Source of the DNA: Anaerolineales bacterium
GTDB taxonomy: Bacteria > Chloroflexota > Anaerolineae > Anaerolineales > UBA4823
Assembly: GCA_049281855.1 (NCBI GenBank)
Contig: JBAPSY010000073.1
Span: forward strand, 3,171 to 67,170
DNA length: 64,000 nt
Direction: 5' to 3'
Shown piece after piece: positions 36,488 to 45,751 of this stretch. The notes beneath the pieces were generated by a model. It was not told where the DNA came from. It worked only from the letters and a program-made list of their open reading frames with translations, and made no database searches. The translations under genes and the position numbers were made by a program. Within the stretch, counting starts at the first letter, position 1, and each line of letters begins with the position of its first letter.

Positions 36488-36516
36488 TTGACCATTCCAA
36501 ACTTACACGCTAAAAT
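36488..36516 (+). promoter_or_regulatory. Promoter-like element TTGACC-17 nt-TAAAAT immediately upstream of ffh
   Basis: -35 box at 36488-36493 and -10 box at 36511-36516. Only 8 nt separate the -10 box from the GTG start, and no Shine-Dalgarno sequence is present. Confidence 0.45.
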
Positions 36517-36524
36517 GCACTCCT

Positions 36525-37847
36525 GTGTTTGAGAACCTGACCGAACGTCTGAATAACGTATTCACGCAATTACGCCGCCGGGGAAAACTCTCGGCGGCTG
36601 ATGTTGATACTGCCATGCGTGAGGTGCGCCTGGCTTTACTTGAAGCAGACGTCAATTATGGCGTGGTGAAGGATTTTATCGCCCGCGTGCGCGAGCGCTC
36701 TGTGGGAGCTGAAGTTTCCAAAGCCCTCAACCCGGCACAACAGGTCATCAAAATTGTTCACGAGGAATTGATCAATACCCTCGGCACTCCCGAGCGGCTC
36801 ACCCTGAGTGGTTCCCACCCCTATGTTATCATGCTGGTTGGCCTTCAGGGATCAGGCAAGACCACCGCTGCCGGAAAGCTGGCGCGACAGCTACGCGCTC
36901 AGGGAGAGCGGGTAATGCTGGTGGCTGCTGACCCTTATCGTCCAGCGGCGGTTAAACAGCTTGAAACGTTGGGCGAGAAGCTTGGTGTGCCCGTATATTT
37001 TGAGGCCGGGGATAAGCCACCTGACCTGGCGGTACATGCCTTGGAAAAAGCCCAACGAGGTGGAAACACGGTCCTCATCCTGGATACTGCCGGACGTTCG
37101 CAGCTTGATAATGCATTGATGGATGAGCTCACCGCTATCGATAAAAAAGTCCATCCCGTTGAGACGTTATTGGTGGTTGACTCAATGATTGGTCAGGAAG
37201 CCGTAAATATTGCCAAGGGCTTCCGCGAGGCCATTGCTCTGACTGGTTTGATCCTGACCAAGATGGACGGAGACGCCCGCGGAGGTGCAGCAATTTCCAT
37301 CCGCTCAGTCACGGGTGTGCCGATCAAATTCATCGGTACGGGTGAAGCCTTGGATGCCCTTGAAATCTACGACCCCGGTCGATTGGCTTCGCGCATCCTG
37401 GGGATGGGCGATGTGTTGGGTTTGATTGAAAAAGCTGAAGCGGCCTTTGACCAACAGCAATCCCAAAAAGATGCTGAGAGGTTGCTGGCCGGCGAGTTCT
37501 CCTTGGAAGATTTCGCCAACCAGCTCCGGCAGGTGCGAAAAATGGGTCCAATTGCCCAGGTGTTGGAGATGTTACCTGGTGGAATGGGTCAGCTGGCTCG
37601 CCAGATAGACCCAAAGGATGCAGAAAATCAGCTCAAGATGACTGAGGCAATCATCAGCTCGATGACGCCTCATGAACGACGCCGACCGGATGTGCTGAAT
37701 GCCAGCCGCCGCAGGCGGATTGCCAAAGGCTCTGGGACTGAGGTCCAGGATGTTAATCGCCTGGTTAAACAATACCATGAAGCCCAGCGACTGTTCAAGA
37801 ACATTAAGAAATCTGGCATGCGTGGGTTACCACGCTTGTTTGGATGA
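36525..37847 (+). CDS. ffh: Signal recognition particle protein Ffh
   Basis: MFENLTERL N-terminus, GLQGSGKTT, DTAGR and TKMDGDARGG in the NG domain, and a Met-rich M domain. Confidence 0.95.
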   Translation: MFENLTERLNNVFTQLRRRGKLSAADVDTAMREVRLALLEADVNYGVVKDFIARVRERSVGAEVSKALNPAQQVIKIVHEELINTLGTPERLTLSGSHPYVIMLVGLQGSGKTTAAGKLARQLRAQGERVMLVAADPYRPAAVKQLETLGEKLGVPVYFEAGDKPPDLAVHALEKAQRGGNTVLILDTAGRSQLDNALMDELTAIDKKVHPVETLLVVDSMIGQEAVNIAKGFREAIALTGLILTKMDGDARGGAAISIRSVTGVPIKFIGTGEALDALEIYDPGRLASRILGMGDVLGLIEKAEAAFDQQQSQKDAERLLAGEFSLEDFANQLRQVRKMGPIAQVLEMLPGGMGQLARQIDPKDAENQLKMTEAIISSMTPHERRRPDVLNASRRRRIAKGSGTEVQDVNRLVKQYHEAQRLFKNIKKSGMRGLPRLFG

Positions 37848-37994
37848 CGGTATGGGAGATCCCTTATCGTCTGGGAAATAATGGTGGTGGTGCACGGTGG
37901 TTCGCGTCCCTTCCGCGCACCCTTCTTTTTCACTGGGCATGTGACCCAGGAAGACTGACCAAAGACTATAGTTCAGAAGGAGATTAGTTTAAAA

Positions 37995-38339
37995 ATGGTA
38001 CGTATTCGTTTACGCCGTGTAGGAGCAAAGAAACAACCCAGTTATCGTGTTGTGGCTGCCGATATCGAACATCCCCGCGATGGACGGTTCCTGGAAATTT
38101 TGGGATTTTATAATCCCCGCACATCGCCTGGGACGATCGAGCTGCATGAGGATCGAATTTACGATTGGATCAGCAAAGGTGCCCAGCCCAGCGAATCAGT
38201 TGCGAAGCTGTTCAAGACCATTGGATTGCTGGAGCGTTTTGAGCGCTTCAAAGCTGGTGAGGCACTTGAGACGCTAATGGCTGAAGCCAAATCAGCCCAG
38301 GAATCACGCCAATTAAGTCGTCAAACCAGCCAGCGCTAG
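37995..38339 (+). CDS. rpsP: 30S ribosomal protein S16
   Basis: The MVRIRLRRVGAKKQPSYRVVAAD N-terminus is canonical bS16. AGGAG lies upstream. Confidence 0.93.
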   Translation: MVRIRLRRVGAKKQPSYRVVAADIEHPRDGRFLEILGFYNPRTSPGTIELHEDRIYDWISKGAQPSESVAKLFKTIGLLERFERFKAGEALETLMAEAKSAQESRQLSRQTSQR

Positions 38340-38458
38340 GATTGGTATAGGCATAAATCACTGGCAGGTCCTTGGTCGGATGAGAATCCTTTCCGTGAAC
38401 AGGCTGGTTCTGTAAACATAAGGTAACACTCACAAGCACCAGGAACAAGGAGTGAGCT

Positions 38459-38695
38459 ATGAAAGAACTCATTGAGTTCATTGCCGCCTCATTGGTGGAT
38501 GACCCAACGCAAGTACGGGTCTCACAAGAGCAACGAGGCGGAAAAGTATACCTGAAACTGAAAGTTGCCAAAGAGGATATGGGGCGGGTGATTGGTCGGC
38601 AGGGGAGGGTCGCCAATGCCATGCGCATGCTCCTGAATGTATCTGCTGCCCGCAATGGCAAGCAGGCTTACCTGGATGTTGAAGATCCACGATGA
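38459..38695 (+). CDS. KH-domain RNA-binding protein (UPF0109/YlqC type)
   Basis: 78-aa ORF with GRVIGRQGRVANAMRMLL (KH GxxG), in the conserved position between rpsP and rimM. Confidence 0.82.
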   Translation: MKELIEFIAASLVDDPTQVRVSQEQRGGKVYLKLKVAKEDMGRVIGRQGRVANAMRMLLNVSAARNGKQAYLDVEDPR

Positions 38696-39264
38696 GGCAG
38701 AAACGTTCATACTCAACACCAATGAACGCTGCAGGCTCGCCTCTGCCCGGCGAGCCTGCATTCTTAGCCGTGGGCAAGCTGCGGCATGCCCATGGCGTGC
38801 ATGGTGAGATCCTCATGGAAGTAATTACCGACTTTCCCGAGCGATTCCTGCCTGGTGCAATTTTGTATCTGAGCTCGGAAGATGATCAGTTACGGTTGAC
38901 AAAATGCAGACCGCACCGGGAAGGGTTATTGATGACCTTTGAGGGATATTCCACCCCAGAGGAGATTAGCCAGTTCCGTAATCAGATATTGTATGTGAAA
39001 GCTGATGACCGCCCACCTTTAGCAGACGGCGAATATTATCACCACCAGTTGATCAGTTTGCACGTAACTACGGATGCGGGAGTGTCCATCGGAACAGTTA
39101 CCGAGATCTTGGAAACCGGTGCCAGCGATGTGCTTGTGGTCCGCCCAGAAATCGGTCCCGAGGTCCTTATCCCAATCGCTGACCCATTCGTCCAGAATAT
39201 TGACCTTAAAAATCGTGAGATAAGGGTGCATATCATCCCAGGGATGCTTGCGGAGGAGTCTTAA
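38692..39264 (+). CDS. rimM: 16S rRNA processing protein RimM
   Basis: VGKLRHAHGVHGEILMEVITDFPERF plus a PRC-barrel C-terminus. ATGA overlap with the KH gene. Confidence 0.88.
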   Translation: MRQKRSYSTPMNAAGSPLPGEPAFLAVGKLRHAHGVHGEILMEVITDFPERFLPGAILYLSSEDDQLRLTKCRPHREGLLMTFEGYSTPEEISQFRNQILYVKADDRPPLADGEYYHHQLISLHVTTDAGVSIGTVTEILETGASDVLVVRPEIGPEVLIPIADPFVQNIDLKNREIRVHIIPGMLAEES

Positions 39265-39266
39265 CC

Positions 39267-40376
39267 TTGGTTGACCCCAGGATGTATTGGGTTGGCTTTA
39301 ATCTGGTTAAAGGGATTGGAGCGGTCCGCTTCAAGGCTTTGTTGGATGCATTCGGGAATGCAGAAGCTGCTTGGAACGCCTCACCTGAAGCCTTGGTGGA
39401 AGTTGGACTAAGCCGGAAGATCATTGAGTCCTTCCAGCGCGTGCGTAAGGGAGTGTCGCTGGAACAAATCTGGGGGCGTATCCAGTCTCTGGGGGTCGAT
39501 GTGCTTACCTGGGATGACGAAGGATACCCCCGCCATTTGAAGGAAATTGACCAGCCACCACCGGTCTTGTATATACGTGGTTCCTTGATGCCGGAGGACG
39601 AATGGGCGGTTGCCATCGTGGGCACCCGGCGAGTGACCTCCTATGGACGTCAGGTGGCCGAGGAAGTCGCCACCACCTTAGCACAAAGTGGCGTAACCAT
39701 CATCAGCGGATTAGCACGTGGTGTAGATTCGATCGCTCAACAGGCTGCATTAAATGCCGGTGGTCGAACTTTGGCTGTGCTGGGTAATGGAGTCGATCTC
39801 GTCTATCCCCCTGAGAACAAGCGTTTAGCATCAGAGATAATTGAGCATGGTGCCTTGGTCAGTGATTACGCACTTGGCACCCCGCCAGATGGGATAAACT
39901 TCCCACCACGTAACCGTATCATATCAGGTCTGGCTATGTCTGTGATTATTGTAGAGGCAGGGCTGACCAGTGGAGCACTGATCACAGCTACATTTGCAGT
40001 TGAACAAGGACGTGACGTATTTGCTGTACCAGGGAATATTAATGCCCCTCAAAGCCTGGGTACCAACCGCCTGATTCGGGACGGTGCTCAACCACTCCTC
40101 AGTCCGCAGGATGTGCTCGAGGCATTAAACCTGACCATGGTCACTGAACATCGAGTGGTTCGGGTGGCTCTGCCCACCGACCCGGTTGAATCACGCTTAT
40201 ACAAATTACTCTCACGCGAACCAATGCATGTGGATGAAATCCGCGCCCAAGCAAATATGCCCATTGAAACTGTCTCAGCCACCCTGGCAATGATGGAATT
40301 GAAAGGGATGGTGCGTCAGATGGGTGGAATGAATTACGTAGCAGTGCGGGAACAACCCGAAATCTATGAGGCGTAG
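39267..40376 (+). CDS. dprA: DNA processing protein DprA (Smf)
   Basis: Rossmann-like DprA core (VAIVGTRRVTSYG, GLARGVDSIAQQAAL, LVYPPENK, GTNRLIRDGA) and a C-terminal winged helix. The start may be the ATG at 39282. Confidence 0.9.
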   Translation: MVDPRMYWVGFNLVKGIGAVRFKALLDAFGNAEAAWNASPEALVEVGLSRKIIESFQRVRKGVSLEQIWGRIQSLGVDVLTWDDEGYPRHLKEIDQPPPVLYIRGSLMPEDEWAVAIVGTRRVTSYGRQVAEEVATTLAQSGVTIISGLARGVDSIAQQAALNAGGRTLAVLGNGVDLVYPPENKRLASEIIEHGALVSDYALGTPPDGINFPPRNRIISGLAMSVIIVEAGLTSGALITATFAVEQGRDVFAVPGNINAPQSLGTNRLIRDGAQPLLSPQDVLEALNLTMVTEHRVVRVALPTDPVESRLYKLLSREPMHVDEIRAQANMPIETVSATLAMMELKGMVRQMGGMNYVAVREQPEIYEA

Positions 40377-40450
40377 GCTCATTTCCAAATCTATTTTGTA
40401 CGAGTAGATAAAATTTGGTATTTGTAAGTTAAAGAACCAGGAGGTTTACT

Positions 40451-42760
40451 TTGGAAGCATATTGTGTTAAATGTCGGACGAAACGGGAAATAACAGACCC
40501 AAAGCCGGTCTATACGAATAATGGTACACCGGCTACACGTGGTACTTGCCCGGTTTGTGGGACTACTCTCTTTCGCATGGGGAAAACCCCTGCTCACGAG
40601 GGGATGATCGCCCCAAAGAAAGGTGACAATCGTAAGGGGAAACTGGTCATCGTCGAATCACCCGCAAAGGCACGGACGGTGGGTCGCTTTTTAGGCAAAG
40701 GATTCACCGTAAAAGCCTCCGTTGGCCATGTACGAGACTTGTTACATTCACAACTTTCGGTGGATGTTGAGCATGATTTTGCTCCCAAGTATCGTGTCCC
40801 CAATGAAAAACGTCCGGTGGTCAAAGAAATACAAGCATTAGCAAAGTCGCATGCTGAGATCTATTTGGCAACTGACCCTGACCGCGAAGGTGAGGCCATA
40901 GCCTGGCACCTGCTTGAATCAGCCAAGATTGAGCACAAGCGCACTCAACGGGTGGTTTTTCATGAGATTACCGAGCCAGCCATCAATGAAGCTTTCGCCC
41001 ACCCGCGTGAGATCGATATGGACCTGGTGGATGCTCAACAGGCGCGTCGAATTTTGGACCGTTTGGTAGGATACAACCTCAGCCCGCTCTTGTGGCGTAA
41101 GGTGCGCAGCCGATTATCTGCGGGTCGGGTCCAATCGGTTGCCCTTCGCCTGGTGGTTGAGCGTGAGCGCGAAATCGATGCATTCAATCCGGTCGAATAT
41201 TGGTCGATTGCCGCTGAACTGCGCCCTGAGAAGATCAAAGAAACCTTCATCGCCAAATTGGCAAAAATGGACGACCAAGACCCAGTTTTGGGAAAGCAAG
41301 CTGAGGTCCAGCCAATTCTGGAGGATATGGAAAGCTCAGCGTATGTGATCTCGAAGATCAAGCGTGGTGAACGCCGGCGAAAACCCTCTGCGCCGTTTAC
41401 GACCAGTACCATGCAGCAAGAAGCTTCCCGCCGTCTGGGTTATACCGCCCGGCGCACAATGGCATTGGCACAACAACTTTATGAAGGTATCGACCTGGGC
41501 GAAGGTGCGGTGGGTTTGATCACCTATATGCGTACCGACTCGACCAACGTTGCTGAGACCGCACAAGCTGAAGCACGCGAGTTTATTGGTGCACGTTATG
41601 GCGAGAAGTTCCTGCCTCCCGAGCCTCCCAAATACCAGACCAAAGCCAAAGGTGCACAGGAAGCTCATGAAGCCGTTCGGCCCACCTCGGTGATGCGTCA
41701 ACCCGAGGCCATCAAGGAATTTCTCAATCGTGACCAGTTCCGTATGTATCAGCTGGTTTGGCAACGCTTTGTAGCTTCTCAGATGGAATCTGCAGTATTT
41801 GACACGCTTTCGGTGGAAGTCACTGCAAAATCTGCACAGCACGAATACTTATTGCGCGCTTCCGGCTCAACGGTCAAGTTCATCGGCTTCCTTGTGGTGT
41901 ATGAAGAAGCGAAGGATGAAGACCAGGTTACCGAAGAGGAAGAGGAGAATGCCCGCATCCCTGCGGGGATTCTCGAAGGGCAAAACCAGAAACTGATACG
42001 ATTACTCCCCGAGCAGCACTTCACCCAGCCCCCACCACGTTTCACTGAGGCCACATTAGTGCGTACATTGGAGGAGTACGGCATTGGCAGACCATCCACC
42101 TATGCACCCATCCTGAGTACAATTCAACAGCGTGGTTACGTCTTGCGGGAAGGGAAACGCCTCACCCCCACTGAAACCGGTATCCTGGTCAGCGACCTGA
42201 TTACAGAGCATTTCCCCGAAGTGGTTGACGTAGGTTTTACCGCCAAAATGGAAGAAGATCTGGATCTGATCGCGGAGGGAAAGAGGAAGTGGGTCGATTC
42301 GATCCGTGAGTTCTACGGACCATTTGCAGAACAAGTTGCCCAGGCAGAGCTGAAGATGCCTGAACTGAATATGGGACCAGAACCGATCGGGCGCATCTGC
42401 CCTGAATGTGGGCATGAGCTCGTCATCCGCTGGGGGCGCTACGGCAAGTTCATCAGCTGCAGCGGTTTCCCCGATTGCCGTCATACAGAAGCCTGGCTGG
42501 AAAAGATCGGTGTGCTTTGCCCGAAAGACCAGGGAGACATTGTAGAGCGAAAGACCCGCAAGGGACGCACTTTCTACGGTTGTGCCAATTACCCAAATTG
42601 TGATTTCACATCCTGGAAATTGCCATTAGCCAGACCCTGCCCCGATTGCGGTGGTTTGCTGGTTGTAGCCAATAAAAATCAAGCGCAATGTCTGCAATGT
42701 GAGACTATGTTTCCTCTCGATCTGGTAACTGCTGAAGAGGCGGTAGAAGTCGAAAAATAG
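40451..42760 (+). CDS. topA: DNA topoisomerase I with an additional N-terminal zinc ribbon
   Basis: Toprim domain KLVIVESPAKARTVGRFLG, catalytic region ITYMRTDS and three C-terminal Cys4 ribbons. The TTG start at 40451 lies 7 nt after AGGAGG. An extra roughly 45-aa N-terminal CxxC...CxxC module is present. Confidence 0.95.
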   Translation: MEAYCVKCRTKREITDPKPVYTNNGTPATRGTCPVCGTTLFRMGKTPAHEGMIAPKKGDNRKGKLVIVESPAKARTVGRFLGKGFTVKASVGHVRDLLHSQLSVDVEHDFAPKYRVPNEKRPVVKEIQALAKSHAEIYLATDPDREGEAIAWHLLESAKIEHKRTQRVVFHEITEPAINEAFAHPREIDMDLVDAQQARRILDRLVGYNLSPLLWRKVRSRLSAGRVQSVALRLVVEREREIDAFNPVEYWSIAAELRPEKIKETFIAKLAKMDDQDPVLGKQAEVQPILEDMESSAYVISKIKRGERRRKPSAPFTTSTMQQEASRRLGYTARRTMALAQQLYEGIDLGEGAVGLITYMRTDSTNVAETAQAEAREFIGARYGEKFLPPEPPKYQTKAKGAQEAHEAVRPTSVMRQPEAIKEFLNRDQFRMYQLVWQRFVASQMESAVFDTLSVEVTAKSAQHEYLLRASGSTVKFIGFLVVYEEAKDEDQVTEEEEENARIPAGILEGQNQKLIRLLPEQHFTQPPPRFTEATLVRTLEEYGIGRPSTYAPILSTIQQRGYVLREGKRLTPTETGILVSDLITEHFPEVVDVGFTAKMEEDLDLIAEGKRKWVDSIREFYGPFAEQVAQAELKMPELNMGPEPIGRICPECGHELVIRWGRYGKFISCSGFPDCRHTEAWLEKIGVLCPKDQGDIVERKTRKGRTFYGCANYPNCDFTSWKLPLARPCPDCGGLLVVANKNQAQCLQCETMFPLDLVTAEEAVEVEK

Positions 42761-42762
42761 CG

Positions 42763-42794
42763 AATATGAGCTTGCTTGTTCCGGCTCATATTTT
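42763..42794 (+). terminator. Possible terminator hairpin after topA
   Basis: AATATGAGC (42763-42771) pairs with GCTCATATT (42784-42792) around a 12-nt loop. The trailing T-run is short. Confidence 0.35.
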
Positions 42795-42960
42795 ACGGGC
42801 TTATATTGGCATTACTCTTGCAACACGTGTATTCAATGGTCAAAGATAGTTGCACTTTTAATCACTATGGTCTAAAATTGGAACCACATAGTGTACAGCC
42901 ATACCTTGGTGCACTTTCCAAATCTTTCATCATTAGAATCTCAGTCTCGGAGTTTAAAAG

Positions 42961-43977
42961 ATGAACCAAATCCGTGAATATCTCAAACGACCGCTCGTAA
43001 TTGGAATTCTTGGTGTTGTGGTGGGGTTGATCATCGGCTTGGTCGTTGGTTGGGGGTTGTGGCCAGTCCAATGGACCGATGCAGCACCCACAAACCTTCA
43101 TCCGGGCTGGCAGGATATGTGGCTGAAAATGGCGGTCATATCCTATGGTGCCACTGGTGATGCTGCTACCGCGAAAGTTGAATTCGATGCACTGGGCGAC
43201 ACTGGTACTGATGCTTTGACACGATTAATGGCTAACCCGGGAAATATCGACCCAAACTATATAACTCAATTTGAAGCTGCGGTCTCAACCATTCCTCAAG
43301 TCCAACCAGGGACGGTTGCACCCGGGGTCACTCCAACCGCCTCCACAGCCAAAGGTGGAAGGTCAAACCTGACTACCTTGTTGCTTGTTATGTGTGTTGT
43401 CACACTGTTGGTGGGAGCAGCAATTGTGGCATATTTCTTTCTTCAAGGTCGAAAAAGAGCTGGTGGGATTGACCCCAGTGCACAAACACCAGCCACCGCA
43501 GTGGAAACACCGGCTGAGTGGACGAATTACCCTGCACCGAGTGAGCAAGCTCCGATGGCCCAATTTATGGCCTCTTATAAAGCTGGTGATGACTTGTTTG
43601 ATGACTCCTTCAGTATAGATTCACCCTCAGGTGAATTTCTAGGTGAGTGTGGTGTCGGTATCTCCGAAACCATTGGCATAGGCGTACCTAAAAAGGTGAC
43701 TGCCTTTGAAGTCTGGTTATTCGATAAGAACGACATTCAAACGGTAACGAAAGTGCTGATGAGCGCACATGCCTTCAATGACCCCACCATCCGGGGAAAG
43801 CTGGAAGCCAAGGGAGAACCGTTCCAGGCAAACTCAGGTGGACAGACCGTGCTCGAAACTGCCACCCTGCGGCTGGTTGCACGTGTGGTTGACATGGCTT
43901 ATGGGCAAGGAGCATTACCCGAGAGCAGTTACTTCGATTCGCTGGTGCTCGAGCTGGCCATCTGGCAGAAGCAATAA
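42961..43977 (+). CDS. Hypothetical two-TM membrane protein
   Basis: 338-aa ORF with TM helices near residues 12-33 and 135-158. The C-terminal soluble domain is unrecognised. Confidence 0.55.
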   Translation: MNQIREYLKRPLVIGILGVVVGLIIGLVVGWGLWPVQWTDAAPTNLHPGWQDMWLKMAVISYGATGDAATAKVEFDALGDTGTDALTRLMANPGNIDPNYITQFEAAVSTIPQVQPGTVAPGVTPTASTAKGGRSNLTTLLLVMCVVTLLVGAAIVAYFFLQGRKRAGGIDPSAQTPATAVETPAEWTNYPAPSEQAPMAQFMASYKAGDDLFDDSFSIDSPSGEFLGECGVGISETIGIGVPKKVTAFEVWLFDKNDIQTVTKVLMSAHAFNDPTIRGKLEAKGEPFQANSGGQTVLETATLRLVARVVDMAYGQGALPESSYFDSLVLELAIWQKQ

Positions 43978-43995
43978 ACCGTTATCCATATAAAG

Positions 43996-44031
43996 AAAAG
44001 AGTGGATTGGCACCGACCAATCCACTCTTTT
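43996..44031. terminator. Bidirectional rho-independent terminator between convergent genes
   Basis: Perfect 15-bp stem (AAAAGAGTGGATTGG / CCAATCCACTCTTTT) with a 6-nt loop. An A-run lies upstream and a T-run downstream, so it can serve both strands. Confidence 0.8.
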
Positions 44032-44039
44032 CTTTTTAC

Positions 44040-44507
44040 TCATTCTATTTTGAGAATTTTTAGTTTTATATCCCCGCCGGGCGTGCTGGCGGTCACTTCA
44101 CCACCAACATGACCACCCAATAATACTCGCCCAATGGGGGATTCATTTGAGATTTTTCCATTACGCGGATCCGCTTCTTTAGCACCCACTAGAAAATATA
44201 TCTCAGGGGGGAAGTCCCCTTCCTGAACAGTGACGTGTGACCCCACTTGAATGGTATCGGTTGGAACCTCGCTAACATCAATGATTTTGGCATTCTTTAA
44301 AAGATATTCCAGCTCCTGGATTTTCCCCTCCATGAATCCCTGGTCCTCTTTTGCCTTGTGGTAATCTGCGTTCTCAGAGAGGTCGCCCATCTGTATGGCG
44401 GAGCGCAATCGTTTAGCCATTTCATCCCGCTTTGGGCCTTTCAGTTCTTCGAGCTCAGCTTCTAGCTTTTTCGCTCCTTCTGATGTTAGGTATATTTCCT
44501 GTTCCAT
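44040..44507 (-). CDS. greA: Transcription elongation factor GreA
   Basis: 155-aa ORF with the coiled-coil N-terminus (LEAELEELKG..R.E...L..A...GDLSENADYHAAKE-like) and the GreA C-terminal domain. Confidence 0.93.
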   Translation of the reverse strand: MEQEIYLTSEGAKKLEAELEELKGPKRDEMAKRLRSAIQMGDLSENADYHKAKEDQGFMEGKIQELEYLLKNAKIIDVSEVPTDTIQVGSHVTVQEGDFPPEIYFLVGAKEADPRNGKISNESPIGRVLLGGHVGGEVTASTPGGDIKLKILKIE

Positions 44508-44517
44508 GACCTTACCT

Positions 44518-45669
44518 TTAAGGCTTCATTACCGGATCAAAAAGCTTTTGATATTCTTCCACAGCAAACCGGTCAGTCATTCCAGCAATATAATCACAGA
44601 TATTGCGCTCCAGGCCACGTTCCCTCGTTAGCTCCTGGACATGATTCGGGAGTATGGCTGGCTCTCGTAAATAGGCCCGGAAAAGATCGCTGATTATCCG
44701 TTCGGCTTTTACAGCCATACGGACAACCCGATGGTGGCGGTAAAGGTTGGCGTATAGAAAATCTTTCAACTGTCGGTTCCGGCGGTTCATCTCTTCACTG
44801 AAGCTTACCACATTATAAGGTAGGCTTTGCAATTCAAGAACTGAGCGTACGCCACTCTCCCGCAGGTGTTGGTCAGTGGTATGAATTAGGTCAGTAACTT
44901 CCATATCAATCAAGTTTCGGATCATCCGGTGGCGTGACAGATCATCCAATTCTTGCCCACGCCAGCCAATGCTTTCCACCAATATTTCCCAAAGCGTAAT
45001 TCCTTCCAGCATTGGGATACTGATCATTCCTGAGCGTAACCCATCATCCAGATCATGGGCAGTGTAAGAGAGCTCATCTGCGGCATTTGTAATTTGAGCT
45101 TCCAAATGACCACGCAGTTCAGGGTCGTAAGCTTGCGCATCAGAGATATCATATTCAGATTCGTGCTTTACAATCCCCTCGCGCAATTCCCACGTAAGGT
45201 TGAGACCCGGAAAATCCAGGTAACGCTGCTCAAGCTTGGTCACGATCCGTAAGGATTGCCGGTTGTGGTCGAACCCGCCGTGATCTTTCATCAGGTGCGC
45301 CAGAGTAGTCTCCCCATTATGCCCAAAGGGTGGGTGTCCCAGATCATGTGCCAGGCATATACCTTCGGTCAGGTCAGGATTTGCACCCAAGGCGCGCGCA
45401 ATCGTGCGCCCGATTTGGGATACCTCAAGCGTGTGCGTCAGTCGTGTTCGATAATAGTCACCCTCATAGTTAATGAAAACCTGTGTTTTGTACTCCAGAC
45501 GACGAAAAGCTGTGGTATGCAGGATGCGGTCACGATCACGTTGGTAAGTGGTGCGGTACTCCGGTTCATCCTCAGGGTAACACCGCCCCTTGGAAATTTT
45601 GCTGCGCACTCCATAGGGTGCCAGGCTTTGATCTTCAATAGTTTCGAGTTCTTTGCGTGTATAAAACAT
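44518..45669 (-). CDS. dGTP triphosphohydrolase-like HD-domain protein
   Basis: RDRDRILH, RTRLTHTLEVSQIGR and HDLGHPPFGH motifs of the Dgt family. Confidence 0.9.
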   Translation of the reverse strand: MFYTRKELETIEDQSLAPYGVRSKISKGRCYPEDEPEYRTTYQRDRDRILHTTAFRRLEYKTQVFINYEGDYYRTRLTHTLEVSQIGRTIARALGANPDLTEGICLAHDLGHPPFGHNGETTLAHLMKDHGGFDHNRQSLRIVTKLEQRYLDFPGLNLTWELREGIVKHESEYDISDAQAYDPELRGHLEAQITNAADELSYTAHDLDDGLRSGMISIPMLEGITLWEILVESIGWRGQELDDLSRHRMIRNLIDMEVTDLIHTTDQHLRESGVRSVLELQSLPYNVVSFSEEMNRRNRQLKDFLYANLYRHHRVVRMAVKAERIISDLFRAYLREPAILPNHVQELTRERGLERNICDYIAGMTDRFAVEEYQKLFDPVMKP

Positions 45670-45751
45670 CGTGTTGTTCTGTGAACGGACTTTTTAGGTT
45701 AGATTTATCCGAACCATATTATAACTCTTCTCATCGAGTAAGAATCCCATT

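Noticed and set aside
37848-37994. ffh-rpsP intergenic region (147 nt, GC-rich imperfect pairing around 37885-37925), considered as a ribosomal-protein leader or ncRNA
   Set aside because: Only imperfect complementarity could be traced by eye, and it matches no RNA family I know. A covariance-model scan would be needed before calling anything.
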